The notes under the pieces were generated by a model. The model saw only the letters and a list, made by a program, of their open reading frames with translations, had not been told where the DNA came from and ran no database searches. Position numbers and translations under genes: made by a program. Shown here piece by piece: positions 42,009 through 51,871 of a DNA stretch of 58,075 bases. The DNA is from a bacterium (GTDB taxonomy: Bacteria > Omnitrophota > Gorgyraeia > Duberdicusellales > 4484-171): assembly GCA_021796115.1 (NCBI GenBank), contig JAJYOP010000008.1:1-58075 (forward strand), in the 5' to 3' direction. How positions within the stretch are numbered: the first letter of the stretch is position 1; each line of letters starts with the position of its first letter.

Positions 42009-43160
42009 ATGACCGAACTATACTTAGCCAAACGTTATCTGTTTCGGGGAAAAGCCAAGCATATTTCTTTTATCAGTGTGATTTCCTGCCTCGGCGTTGC
42101 ACTTGGCGTAGCTGCTTTAATCATTGTCATCTCCGTGATGAATGGCTTCGATAATGACCTCATGGACAGGTTGCTTAAGTTTAACTACCACCTGACAATA
42201 GACAGCCTGGATAACACTTTGCTTGCCAAGCTAAAGGAGAAAGTTGACGGGACAAAAGGGGTGGAAAGTTCTTCGATTATTGTCCAAACCCAGATTTTTG
42301 CAAAGGTGGATAAATTCATTGTGCCGTTAATGGTTAAGGGAATTAATTTTAAAAATGCGAATGAGATGCGTACATTTTCACAATACATAAAAAAAGATTT
42401 AAACAATGGCGGATTTTTTGTGGGCGAAGGATTATATGAACGCCTTGGATTAGAGGACAAATTAGAGTATTATCCTCTTGACAAAAATTTTAAGCTTAAA
42501 AAGGAAAACATACGGGGCTATTTCAAGTTCGGTATTTATGATATCGATAACAATTATGTAATAATGGATTTAGAGCAAGCCAAGAACCTTTCGCCTAATT
42601 ATTACATGTCTTTAGGAGTAAGGATAAAAAATCCTCTTGAAGCAAGAAAAATAAAAAACCAGTTATTAGAAGAATTTCCTCACGGCATTATGATTAGCAC
42701 CTGGATGGATAATCAGGCATTACTGTCGGCTCTTCAGCTTGAAAAATTGACGATGTTCGTACTTCTAAGCCTAATTACGCTGGTAGCATCTTTTAATATT
42801 TTTGCTACCTTGATGGTTAAGGTTGTCGAGAAAACAAAAGATATAGGGATATTGAAGGCCCTCGGGTTTACCAGCAGAAACATTCTTGCAATATTCAGTT
42901 TCCAAGGCTTGATTTTAGGCCTTATCGGCGTGTTGCTAGGCACAATCATTGGCTTGGGCTTATGTATTCTTGTGCAACAATACCATTTTATAAAAATTCC
43001 GGGTGACATCTATTCTATCGATTATTTGCCGGTAGCGGTTAATTACCGGGACATATTTTTTATAGCCATTTTAGGGCTTTTCTTTGCTTTCGTCTCAAGC
43101 TTGTTCCCGGCAATCAGGGCTTCGAGGCTTGAGCCTTGTGAGGCGTTGAGATACGAATAG
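42009..43160 (+). CDS. LolC/LolE-family lipoprotein-release permease
   Basis: MacB/FtsX-type topology. LAKRYL start. FtsX C-terminal domain ending RASRLEP..ALRYE. Confidence 0.8.
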   Translation: MTELYLAKRYLFRGKAKHISFISVISCLGVALGVAALIIVISVMNGFDNDLMDRLLKFNYHLTIDSLDNTLLAKLKEKVDGTKGVESSSIIVQTQIFAKVDKFIVPLMVKGINFKNANEMRTFSQYIKKDLNNGGFFVGEGLYERLGLEDKLEYYPLDKNFKLKKENIRGYFKFGIYDIDNNYVIMDLEQAKNLSPNYYMSLGVRIKNPLEARKIKNQLLEEFPHGIMISTWMDNQALLSALQLEKLTMFVLLSLITLVASFNIFATLMVKVVEKTKDIGILKALGFTSRNILAIFSFQGLILGLIGVLLGTIIGLGLCILVQQYHFIKIPGDIYSIDYLPVAVNYRDIFFIAILGLFFAFVSSLFPAIRASRLEPCEALRYE

Positions 43161-43219
43161 GATGCGTATCGCGTCACACGTAACAGGCATTACGTGATAC
43201 ATGTTACGTGATATGTGAG
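43161..43219 (+). repeat. Family B' repeat, copy 2
   Basis: GCGTCACACGTAACAGGCATTACGTGATACATGTTACGTG. Shares both conserved blocks with 21656-21715. Confidence 0.75.
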
Positions 43220-43229
43220 GCAAATATTT

Positions 43230-43898
43230 ATGAAAAATTTAATACAACTTACAGGAGTTTCTAAGACCTTTCACAACGGCCAAGAAGAGGTTAGTGCACT
43301 CAAGAACATTAATTTAACTCTGGAGCAGCAAGATTATCTTGCCATAGTCGGGCCTTCCGGTGCCGGAAAATCCACACTTTTACACATAATGGGCGGCTTG
43401 GATATGCCTTCAAAGGGTAGCATAAGCTCTAGCGATAAAGATATTTATGTAATGAAAGAGAGCGAACGCGCTTTATGGCGGAACAAAGTTGTGGGATTTG
43501 TTTTTCAGTTTTACCATCTCATCGAAGAACTTAATGTTCTAGAAAATGTTGCCGTAAGCGCCTTGAGAGAATCTCGAAAATCAGCTTTTAAAAAAGCTGA
43601 AAAGTTGTTAGAATATTTAGAGATAGCCGGAAGAAAAAACTTTTTTCCGTCGCAATTATCCGGCGGAGAAAAGCAAAAAGTGGCATTAGCACGGGCGCTG
43701 ATTAATGAACCGGAAATTATCCTTTGCGATGAGCCCACGGGCAATTTAGATAAATATTCGCAGGATAGAGTAGTTGAGCTCTTTGAGAAATTAAATAAGG
43801 AAAAAGCTAAAACCGTCGTCATTGTTACGCACAATCTTGAATTAGCAAAACGGGCAAAAAAAGTTATAATTTTAAAGAACGGAGAAATAGTTCGATAG
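43230..43898 (+). CDS. lolD: Lipoprotein-releasing system ATP-binding protein
   Basis: GPSGAGKST, LSGGEKQKV and ILCDEPTGNLD motifs. ATG 43230 chosen; GTG 43215 lies in the repeat. Confidence 0.8.
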   Translation: MKNLIQLTGVSKTFHNGQEEVSALKNINLTLEQQDYLAIVGPSGAGKSTLLHIMGGLDMPSKGSISSSDKDIYVMKESERALWRNKVVGFVFQFYHLIEELNVLENVAVSALRESRKSAFKKAEKLLEYLEIAGRKNFFPSQLSGGEKQKVALARALINEPEIILCDEPTGNLDKYSQDRVVELFEKLNKEKAKTVVIVTHNLELAKRAKKVIILKNGEIVR

Positions 43899-43970
43899 TC
43901 GCTGCTTTGATAAATTTACCTGTATTAAACGTTATTCATATATTTATTATTAACCATTCTGGAGGGTGCC

Positions 43971-44846
43971 ATGAAGATTTATTTAAATGGTAACTTGGTA
44001 GAAAGAAATGAGGCAAAAGTTTCTGTTTTCGACCACGGTTTTTTATATGGCGATGGAGTCTTTGAGGGTATCCGTGCCTATAATTGCCTTGTATTTAAAT
44101 TAGATGAGCACATCGACAGGCTTTTTGAATCAGCGCATTCCATCATGCTGCCTATCAAATTAACCAAGAAACAAATGATAGGGGTGGTGGTGGATACTCT
44201 AAAAGCAAATAAGCTAAAAGATGCATATATCCGTTTAATCGTTTCCCGTGGAGAAGGAGACCTTGGGCTTGACCCCAGAAAATGCAAAGGTAACGAAACT
44301 GTCATTGTAATTGCCGACAAAATTACTCTTTATCCAAAAAAGCTTTATGAAGAAGGGATGGCAATTATTACCGTGCCTACCATCAGAAATATTCCCGAAG
44401 CGCTTAATCCCCAGATAAAATCGCTTAATTATTTAAACAACATTTTGGCCAAAATTGAAGCGGTTAACTGCGGCTATGAAGAAGCGTTAATGCTTGACCA
44501 TCTTGGTTATGTTGCCGAATGTACCGGCGATAACATCTTTGTGGTTGAAAAAGATGAGCTTTATACCCCTCCACAATGCATGGGTACTTTAAGAGGCATT
44601 ACCCGTGATGCGGTCTTGGCTGTGGCAAGGAAACTTAAAATTCCCACCCACGAACACGTTCTCACCCGCCATGAGGTTTACAACTCGAGCGAATGTTTCT
44701 TAACCGGGACAGCGGCAGAGATAATCCCGGTGGTAAGAGTTGACGGAAGAAGAATCGCCGAAGCTAAGCCAGGGAAGATCACAAAACTCTTGATGCGGGA
44801 ATTCAGTAAATTAACAAAGACAGACGGAATTAAATACACATTGTAA
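43971..44846 (+). CDS. ilvE: Branched-chain amino acid aminotransferase (fold type IV)
   Basis: GDGVFEGIRAY, K in the LNYLNN context, and a GTAAE segment. Confidence 0.8.
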   Translation: MKIYLNGNLVERNEAKVSVFDHGFLYGDGVFEGIRAYNCLVFKLDEHIDRLFESAHSIMLPIKLTKKQMIGVVVDTLKANKLKDAYIRLIVSRGEGDLGLDPRKCKGNETVIVIADKITLYPKKLYEEGMAIITVPTIRNIPEALNPQIKSLNYLNNILAKIEAVNCGYEEALMLDHLGYVAECTGDNIFVVEKDELYTPPQCMGTLRGITRDAVLAVARKLKIPTHEHVLTRHEVYNSSECFLTGTAAEIIPVVRVDGRRIAEAKPGKITKLLMREFSKLTKTDGIKYTL

Positions 44847-44859
44847 ACCAATTGGTTAA

Positions 44860-44917
44860 GCAGATGACAGATTGCAGATGACAGTTGAGTTTATCTGTTA
44901 TCTGCCATCTGCTATCT
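44860..44917 (+). repeat. Word palindrome GCAGATGACAG x2 / CTGTTATCTG-CCATCTGC
   Basis: Tandem 11-mers at 44860-44870 and 44874-44884, followed by their imperfect complements at 44895-44912. Confidence 0.7.
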
Positions 44918-44943
44918 AAATTTAAGGTTCTAATTGCAATAAT

Positions 44944-45426
44944 ATGTTGTGCGACATTTGCCATAAAAACATTGCCACAGTGCATCTTACCGAAGTGATA
45001 AACGATAAGGTCATAGAGATGCATGTTTGCCAGAATTGTACAAAAACCGAAGAGTTTAAGGAAAATTTAAGTATCCAGGAGCTTTTAAGCGGTTTGATGG
45101 ATGCCTCCGAAGCTAAACACAAAGAAAAAATTTCCTTAAAATGTCTTTCCTGCGGCCTGACTTACGACGAATTCAGGAAAAAAGCCCGCCTTGGTTGCGG
45201 CAATTGTTATTCTACTTTTAAGCAGCAGCTACTCCCTTTATTAAAGAAAATTCACGGCTCGCTGCAGTATGTTGGCAAAAAACCTGTTAATTCCGAATCC
45301 AGAATTTTAGAAGAAAACAAAACTAAAGAATTACAAAAAAAGCTCGAGCTGGCAATCCAGCTTGAGGAGTTCGAAGAAGCAGCTAGATTAAGAGATGAAA
45401 TTAAACGTACGAATGAACATGAATGA
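44944..45426 (+). CDS. mcsA: McsA-like protein arginine kinase activator (zinc fingers plus UVR motif)
   Basis: CDIC...CQNC and CLSC..CGNC pairs. C-terminal EEFEEAARLRDEI UVR motif. Confidence 0.8.
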   Translation: MLCDICHKNIATVHLTEVINDKVIEMHVCQNCTKTEEFKENLSIQELLSGLMDASEAKHKEKISLKCLSCGLTYDEFRKKARLGCGNCYSTFKQQLLPLLKKIHGSLQYVGKKPVNSESRILEENKTKELQKKLELAIQLEEFEEAARLRDEIKRTNEHE

Positions 45427-45430
45427 TTAG

Positions 45431-45557
45431 GAAATTCCAAACACCAAGTTTCAACGTCCCAAACGCTTTAGTTTTGCCTGCCTGCCGGCAGGCAGGGAAT
45501 TTTGGCCATCGAACCGTTAGAATTTATTTGGTGCTTGAGTCTGAGACTTGGAATTTC
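45431..45557 (+). repeat. Family A repeat, copy A4 (mcsA-mcsB spacer)
   Basis: Perfect 10-bp termini GAAATTCCAA / TTGGAATTTC. Contains a perfect 20-bp palindrome CCTGCCTGCCGGCAGGCAGG at 45477-45496. Confidence 0.85.
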
Positions 45558-45606
45558 TTATCTGTGAACATCTTCGATTTTCATCTGTGCTAATCTGTGG
45601 ATAAAT

Positions 45607-46662
45607 ATGTTTGAAGATTTTATAAATAATAAAGACACCTGGCTTAGCGGCAAAGGGCCTTTTTCAGAAATTATTTTTTCTTCACGGATACGCCTGGCAA
45701 GAAATCTTGCTGACTATTCTTTCCCTCTAAGAGCCAATAAATTCCAGAAAGAAAAAGTTTTAAAAAAAATAGAAGAAGTGCATCATGGCACCCCGGCACT
45801 AAAAAATACTCTTTTTCTGCGGATGCAGGATGTAAGCGAACTTGATAGGCAATTCTTGCTTGAACGTCACCTTGTTAGCCAGGAGCATGTTCTAAATTTT
45901 GAAGGTAAAGGTTTGGTTATCTCTTCGGATGAAAAAATTTCTCTGATGGTAAACGAAGAGGATCATCTTCGGATGCAGGTAATATTTTCCGGGTTTGATT
46001 TAAAAAAATGCTGGGAAATTGTTGATGAAATTGATAATGAGATGCAGAAACGGATTAATTTCGCATTTTTGCCAAATATCGGATTCCTGACAAGTTGCCC
46101 CACAAACGTAGGAACAGCTCTCAGGGCTTCCTGCATGCTGCATTTACCGGCACTCACCTTTACAAAAAGAATAAATAAAATTTTAGAACTAATCGCAAAG
46201 ATATCTTTTGTAACCAGAGGTTTCTTTGGGGAAGGCACTCAAGCACTTGGCGATTTTTTCCAAATCTCAAACCAAATTAGCCTTGGCGTTTCCGAAGCCG
46301 AGGTTATAGAGAATCTTTCAGGGGTGGTTAACCAGGTTAAAGAGCAGGAGATGGATGCGCGCAATTTACTTTTAAAAAAACAAAAATTAAACCTTGAAGA
46401 TAATGTATGGCGTTCTTTAGGCACTTTACAGAATTGCCGTTTAATCTCAAGCAAAGAAGCGCTTAGCCATCTTTCCATATTGTCTTTAGGTTTGGATTTA
46501 GGTATAATTGATGATATAAGCAGGGAGATTTTAAACAGTCTTTTTTTAGAAATTCAGCCTGCGCATTTGCAAAAAATAGAAGGAAGAATTTTGAAAGAGG
46601 GAGAAAGAGACTATATAAGAGCCCAGATTCTTAGGGATAAATTAGGCCAAAAAAATGATTAA
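45607..46662 (+). CDS. mcsB: Protein arginine kinase (ATP:guanido phosphotransferase)
   Basis: SSRIRLARN, EEDHLR and CPTNVGT motifs. Confidence 0.9.
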   Translation: MFEDFINNKDTWLSGKGPFSEIIFSSRIRLARNLADYSFPLRANKFQKEKVLKKIEEVHHGTPALKNTLFLRMQDVSELDRQFLLERHLVSQEHVLNFEGKGLVISSDEKISLMVNEEDHLRMQVIFSGFDLKKCWEIVDEIDNEMQKRINFAFLPNIGFLTSCPTNVGTALRASCMLHLPALTFTKRINKILELIAKISFVTRGFFGEGTQALGDFFQISNQISLGVSEAEVIENLSGVVNQVKEQEMDARNLLLKKQKLNLEDNVWRSLGTLQNCRLISSKEALSHLSILSLGLDLGIIDDISREILNSLFLEIQPAHLQKIEGRILKEGERDYIRAQILRDKLGQKND

Positions 46663-46716
46663 AATAACCAAGCTTTCTGCCGGCAGGCAGACTCTTGGTC
46701 ATTGGTTATTTTTTAG
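46663..46716 (+). terminator. Terminator or attenuator-like hairpin plus T-run between mcsB and clpC
   Basis: TCTGCC-GGCA-GGCAGA core (46676-46691), CCAAG/CTTGG and AATAACCA/TGGTTATT outer pairs, then T6 at 46709-46714. Confidence 0.55.
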
Positions 46717-46748
46717 AAGAACTTAAAAGACAATATTAGGAGGCGAGA

Positions 46749-49181
46749 ATGTTTAACAGATTTACCGAGAGAGCTCGAAAAGTTTTAGTTTTAGCCAAGG
46801 AAGAAGCCAGGCGTTTCAATCATGATTACATCGGCACAGAGCATATCCTTTTAGGCCTGATTCGCGAAGGCGAAGGCGTTGCCTGCGCGGTTTTGCAAAA
46901 TTTAGGCATTGACCTTGAGCGTTTGCGCATCGAAATCGAAAAGCTTATCTCGCCAGGAAGCTCCGCGTCGGTTTTGGGCGATATTCCTTTTACCCCCCGT
47001 GCGAAAAAGGCACTTGAGCTTGCTGCCGAAGAAGCTCACAACCTCGGCCATAATTACATCGGCACAGAGCATATCCTTTTAGGCTTAATCCGTGAAGGAG
47101 AGGGCCTTGCTTCCCAGGTGCTTTTTTCTTTAGGCGTTGATTTGAGAAAAATCCGTGAAGAAATTTCCGCGCTTCTTGGCGGCGGCCAGCCGTTCCAGGG
47201 AACGCAACAGCAAACTGCTTCAAAAACCCCGGCTCTGGATTCTTTCGGAAGAGATTTGACTAAACTTGCAAAAGACGGGAAGCTCGATCCGGTAATCGGC
47301 CGTAAATCGGAAATCGAAAGAGTTATTCAGGTTCTTTCCCGCCGCACAAAAAATAACCCGGTTCTTCTTGGCGAAGCGGGCGTAGGCAAAACTGCGATAG
47401 TTGAAGGCCTTGCCCAGAGTATTACGCTTGGCGAGGTCCCGGAGATTTTAAGAAACAAAAGAATAGTCGTGCTTGACCTCGCGCTTATGATTGCCGGAAC
47501 AAAATACCGCGGCCAGTTCGAAGAGAGAATAAAGGCAGTGATGGAAGAAATAAAGCGTTCCAAGGATGTGATTATTTTTATTGATGAATTGCATACACTT
47601 GTTGGTGCCGGCGCTGCCGAAGGCGCAATCGATGCCTCAAATATTTTAAAACCTTCTTTATCAAGAGGCGAAATCCAATGCATTGGCGCCACTACGCTTG
47701 ATGAATATAGAAAATATATAGAAAAAGACGCAGCGCTTGAGAGAAGGTTCCAGCCGATAGTGGTCGAACCTAATTCGGTAGAGGAAACCGTAGAAATTTT
47801 GAAAGGCCTGCGTGATAAATATGAAGCGCATCATCGCGTGAAGTTTTCTAATGAAGCAGTTGAGGCGGCGGCAAAACTTTCGGACAGATACGTTTCGGGA
47901 AGGTTCCTGCCGGATAAGGCTGTTGATTTGATTGACGAGTCTGGCGCCCGGGCAAGATTAGCGGTTTTAACCGCTCCTAAAGAAATAAAAGATCTTGAGG
48001 ATAAATTGAATGTAATCGATAGAGAAAAGGAATCCCTGATAAAGCAGCAGGATTTCGAAGCAGCGGCAAGATTACGCGACGAAGAAAAAAAATTAAGGAT
48101 GGAACTCGAAACATTACGTAAAGACTGGGTTAAGAAAAGGGATCAAATCATACCGACAGTCAACGAAGAAGATATCGCCCGGCTGATTGCGCAAATTACC
48201 GGCATACCCATATACCGGCTTGAAGAAAGAGAATCAGAAAAGTTGCTAAAGATAGAAGAAAAACTGACGGAAAGAGTCATAGGCCAGCAGGAAGCGCTGC
48301 AAGCCATTGCCCGTTCCATAAGGAGGGCAAGGGCAGGAGTGAAAGAACCGCGCCGGCCGATAGGCTCTTTTATGTTTCTTGGGCCGACCGGTGTCGGAAA
48401 AACTTTGCTTGCCCGCGCGCTTGCGGAACTTATGTTCGGAGATGAGGAAGCTCTGCTTCAGCTTGACATGAGCGAGTATATGGAAAAGTTCAATGTTTCG
48501 CGCTTGATAGGAGCTCCTCCGGGATACGTTGGTTATGAAGAGGGCGGACAACTTACCGAGAGAGTAAGAAGGCGCCCATATTCCGTAGTACTTCTTGATG
48601 AAATAGAAAAAGCGCATCCGGATGTTTTTAACCTTCTTCTCCAGATTCTGGAAGAAGGAAGGCTCACCGATAGTTTTGGAAGGCGAATTGATTTCAGGAA
48701 TACGATTTTAATAATGACTTCAAATGTCGGAGCAGAAATAATCAGAAAACGGGGCTCGCTCGGATTTAAGCCTATCACCGAAGAAATCGGTTACGAAGAC
48801 ATGAAAAACCTGCTTATGGAAGAAGTAAAAAAAGCCTTCAAGCCGGAATTTTTAAACCGGCTTGATGAAATAATAGTTTTCCGTCCGCTCGGTAAAGAAG
48901 ACTTGAGCAAAATTGTTAATTTAGAAATTGCTAATGTGAATAACCGCCTCAAAGAACAAAGTGTATACGTAGAACTTTCCGATGATGCCAGAGATTTTTT
49001 TGTGGAAAAAGGTTTTGACCCGGTATTCGGCGCAAGGCCTTTAAAAAGGGTTATACAAAGGTTTCTCGAGGATCCTTTAGCGGAAGATATAATTAAAGGC
49101 GAATTTGCCGAAAGATTAAAACTCGCAAAGCCTGTAAAAATAATAGCCAAGAGAAAAGGCGAAGAATTAAAATTTGAATGA
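46749..49181 (+). CDS. clpC: ATP-dependent Clp protease ATP-binding subunit ClpC
   Basis: Duplicated Clp-N repeats, two AAA+ modules ([16 protein letters not shown]) and a UVR linker motif. Confidence 0.95.
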   Translation: MFNRFTERARKVLVLAKEEARRFNHDYIGTEHILLGLIREGEGVACAVLQNLGIDLERLRIEIEKLISPGSSASVLGDIPFTPRAKKALELAAEEAHNLGHNYIGTEHILLGLIREGEGLASQVLFSLGVDLRKIREEISALLGGGQPFQGTQQQTASKTPALDSFGRDLTKLAKDGKLDPVIGRKSEIERVIQVLSRRTKNNPVLLGEAGVGKTAIVEGLAQSITLGEVPEILRNKRIVVLDLALMIAGTKYRGQFEERIKAVMEEIKRSKDVIIFIDELHTLVGAGAAEGAIDASNILKPSLSRGEIQCIGATTLDEYRKYIEKDAALERRFQPIVVEPNSVEETVEILKGLRDKYEAHHRVKFSNEAVEAAAKLSDRYVSGRFLPDKAVDLIDESGARARLAVLTAPKEIKDLEDKLNVIDREKESLIKQQDFEAAARLRDEEKKLRMELETLRKDWVKKRDQIIPTVNEEDIARLIAQITGIPIYRLEERESEKLLKIEEKLTERVIGQQEALQAIARSIRRARAGVKEPRRPIGSFMFLGPTGVGKTLLARALAELMFGDEEALLQLDMSEYMEKFNVSRLIGAPPGYVGYEEGGQLTERVRRRPYSVVLLDEIEKAHPDVFNLLLQILEEGRLTDSFGRRIDFRNTILIMTSNVGAEIIRKRGSLGFKPITEEIGYEDMKNLLMEEVKKAFKPEFLNRLDEIIVFRPLGKEDLSKIVNLEIANVNNRLKEQSVYVELSDDARDFFVEKGFDPVFGARPLKRVIQRFLEDPLAEDIIKGEFAERLKLAKPVKIIAKRKGEELKFE

Positions 49182-50086
49182 AAATTTTTAAATTAACTTT
49201 ATTGTTTCTTTTAGCTTTCCAGCCGCTTGCCTTTGCTTATAATTTCATCGAAGTAGATCTCACCGCCGGCAAGGTGATGTTCAATAATTACCATTTTGGC
49301 AATTACAATATAACTGCCGATGTGCTCTTCGATTTTAAAAAAGAAAACGATTCTTTAATATTAAATCTGGAAGGCAAAGACATATTTTTTAATACTTTGA
49401 AGAAGCCCGAGGCTTCCGCCACAACAAGATCTATCCCCTGGCTTACGGCAAGGTTAGTAAAAAAAGATAATTTAATTTTTGTAAATTATTTACGTTCCCC
49501 ACAGATTTTAGCCAGAGGGAAAATCGACCTTGATAACAAAGAGTTACTTTTGGATGTAGATTGTAATTGGCGGGAGAAATCTTTATTTCTTGAAGGCGAC
49601 ATAGAAGGAAAGATGAAAATCTGGGGTAAACTTGATGATTTTTTGGTCAATGGCTCGCTTAATATAAAAAACGGAAAATATCAGGACATAGATTTTTCAG
49701 AATTAACCCTCCATTTTTTAGGAAAGCCGCCAATTTTTAATCTGGATAATTCAGAAGTTTTTCTTGCCGATGGAAACGTTTATGAAATTGAAGGGGTAAT
49801 GAATCTTCGCAACATGGATAACATATTTCCCAGTGCGGAATTCATATCAAAAAAGATAAACGTTGCCGGTTGGGAGATGCTTTCGAATGAACACAACAGC
49901 GCCGGAATCAAAAGAAAAGTGGATGATAGTTTCGACATTGTTTTAAATACGTATGACAGGCAGGAAAACTCCATGGATACCATGAATACCGGCGCAGAGT
50001 TGCGCTATAAAGTAAAAAATAATCAGTTCTTGCGGCTGCGTATGCAGGAAGATAAAACTCTTTTTGGATTCGGGAAGGACTTTTAG
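49178..50086 (+). CDS. Secreted hypothetical protein (weak TamB/AsmA-like repeat pattern)
   Basis: Signal peptide ending AFA-Y. ATGA overlap with the clpC stop. GxLxIKNGKY...F-type beta repeats. Confidence 0.5.
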   Translation: MKIFKLTLLFLLAFQPLAFAYNFIEVDLTAGKVMFNNYHFGNYNITADVLFDFKKENDSLILNLEGKDIFFNTLKKPEASATTRSIPWLTARLVKKDNLIFVNYLRSPQILARGKIDLDNKELLLDVDCNWREKSLFLEGDIEGKMKIWGKLDDFLVNGSLNIKNGKYQDIDFSELTLHFLGKPPIFNLDNSEVFLADGNVYEIEGVMNLRNMDNIFPSAEFISKKINVAGWEMLSNEHNSAGIKRKVDDSFDIVLNTYDRQENSMDTMNTGAELRYKVKNNQFLRLRMQEDKTLFGFGKDF

Positions 50087-50200
50087 GAAATCGTTTTACG
50101 GTCGCGCTTTGTGCTGCTCGTTTCATCTTACGCCATACGCTTGACGCAACCAATACGATGAGCACAATTTCCCTGAAATGGGCTGCGCAACCGATAAAGG
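50087..50200 (+). repeat. Family B structured repeat, copy B3 (upstream of mlaE)
   Basis: Helix GTGCT..TCG / CGA..AGCAC (50111-50120 / 50156-50165). Invariant ACGCAACC at 50144-50151. Confidence 0.75.
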
Positions 50201-50221
50201 TATGATAATTTATAAAACATC

Positions 50222-50977
50222 ATGCTAAAAAAGCTACAAATTTTATTGCAGTACTTAGGAAGTATCAGTTTCTTTATTGGGGATATTTTCTGGTGGATGT
50301 TCACCAAAAAAAGGGATTTTCGTGCTGTCAAGAGGGAGATAATCCTTATAGGTATAAATAGCCTTCCGCTAGTTTCTTTAATTTCTTTTTTTGTCGGAAT
50401 AATCATCGCTTTCCAAACCGCATATCAGCTTAAACAATTTTCTTCAGAAATTTATATCGCTTCGCTGGTTGCCCTTTCTTTAGTAAGAGAACTTGGGCCG
50501 GTTCTCGGCTCGTTAATTGTTGCGGCAAGAAGCGGAGCCGCCATTACCGCCGGTATAGGCTCGATGAAAATAAGCGAACAAGTAGATGCTTTGGAGGCTT
50601 TTGCGGTTAACCCCGTAGATTATCTTGTTGTTCCGAAATTTATAGCTTTGCTTATCGCGATGCCGGTCCTGATTATCTATGCCGATTGCCTTGGTATTTT
50701 CGGGGGGTATCTCGTGGGAAATTCAAAATTTGGCATACCTTTCCACTTTTATTTTAAGCTCACCTTTGATGCGCTGAAAATGAGAGACATATTAAGCGGC
50801 ATGATTAAAAGCGTTTGCTTCGGTTCGATAATTGCTTTCGTTTCTTCATACGAAGGTTTTAAGCCATTCTCCTCCACTGATGTTTCGGAATCGGTTACTC
50901 ATTCGGTAGTGCGCTCGTTTATTTTTATTATAATTTGCGACTGTATTTTAACGGCGTTATTCTATTTCATGTTCTAA
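50222..50977 (+). CDS. mlaE: MlaE-family ABC permease
   Basis: Typical MlaE TM pattern and the REL.P....L..A.RSGA motif. Confidence 0.85.
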   Translation: MLKKLQILLQYLGSISFFIGDIFWWMFTKKRDFRAVKREIILIGINSLPLVSLISFFVGIIIAFQTAYQLKQFSSEIYIASLVALSLVRELGPVLGSLIVAARSGAAITAGIGSMKISEQVDALEAFAVNPVDYLVVPKFIALLIAMPVLIIYADCLGIFGGYLVGNSKFGIPFHFYFKLTFDALKMRDILSGMIKSVCFGSIIAFVSSYEGFKPFSSTDVSESVTHSVVRSFIFIIICDCILTALFYFMF

Positions 50978-50990
50978 GAACAAAATTTAT

Positions 50991-51080
50991 GTTACGAAGG
51001 TTACGGATGTTACGGGAAGTTAGGAAGGTTACATTTGAATCGCTTGATTTTTAGTGTAACCTACGTAACTTTCGTAACCT
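50991..51080 (+). repeat. Family B'' repeat (GTTACGAAGGTTAC words), copy 1
   Basis: GTTACGAAGGTTACGGATGTTACGGG...GTGTAACCTACGTAACTTTCGTAACC, a long imperfect hairpin. Confidence 0.75.
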
Positions 51081-51104
51081 GAATTGTAAGTAGTAGGCAT
51101 TATT

Positions 51105-51869
51105 ATGGCAGAGGTAATGATAAAATTAGACAATGTTTGCAAGTTTTTTGGCGAGAAGCAGGTCTTGAGAGGTGCAAACCTGTCGGTTGAGAAAGGGGAA
51201 ACTTTTCTGCTTATTGGCAGAAGCGGAGCTGGCAAGACCGTGCTTCTTAAAAACATCATTGGCCTTCTTCGGCCTGATTCAGGCTCGATTTTTATTGATA
51301 ATGTAGATATAACTAAACTTAGCAATAAAGAACTTGAAAAGGTGCGTTATCAATTCGGGCTTGTTTTTCAAAGCAGCGCTCTTTTTGATTTTTTAACCAT
51401 CGAAGAAAACGTAGGCTTTTTCTTTTATCAGCATACAAATCTTAAAAAAAGCGAAATACGGAAAAAGGTCAAAGAGACCCTTGCTCTTGTCGGCCTTGAG
51501 GGAATCGAAGACCATTACCCTTATGAATTAAGCGGCGGCATGAAAAAACGAGTAGCTATTGCAAGGGCTGTTATCTACAACCCCAAAATTATAATCTATG
51601 ACGAACCGACTACGGGTATTGACCCTATTGCGGTAGACAAAGTGGTTTCTTTGATTGAAGATTTGCACAAAAGGCTTGCGATAACCTCGCTGGTTGTAAC
51701 GCATGACCTTGAGGTTGGTATGAAGATTTCAGAACGCATAGCTTTTCTTTTGGGCGGAAAAATAATTTTCCAAGGCAAAAAAGACGATTTAAAAAATATT
51801 AACGACCCCCGGATTATGCAGTTTTTACATGGTAGTTCAGCCGGGCCGATAAAAGAAATGGAAGTATAG
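51105..51869 (+). CDS. mlaF: MlaF-like ABC ATP-binding protein
   Basis: GRSGAGKTV, LSGGMKKRV and IIYDEPTTGIDP motifs. Confidence 0.85.
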   Translation: MAEVMIKLDNVCKFFGEKQVLRGANLSVEKGETFLLIGRSGAGKTVLLKNIIGLLRPDSGSIFIDNVDITKLSNKELEKVRYQFGLVFQSSALFDFLTIEENVGFFFYQHTNLKKSEIRKKVKETLALVGLEGIEDHYPYELSGGMKKRVAIARAVIYNPKIIIYDEPTTGIDPIAVDKVVSLIEDLHKRLAITSLVVTHDLEVGMKISERIAFLLGGKIIFQGKKDDLKNINDPRIMQFLHGSSAGPIKEMEV

Positions 51870-51871
51870 TG

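Noticed and set aside
44847-44943. CtsR operator upstream of mcsA.
   Set aside because: No (A/G)GTCAAA tandem heptad is present and no ctsR gene is in the window. The direct repeat that is present has a different sequence and is reported as a finding instead.
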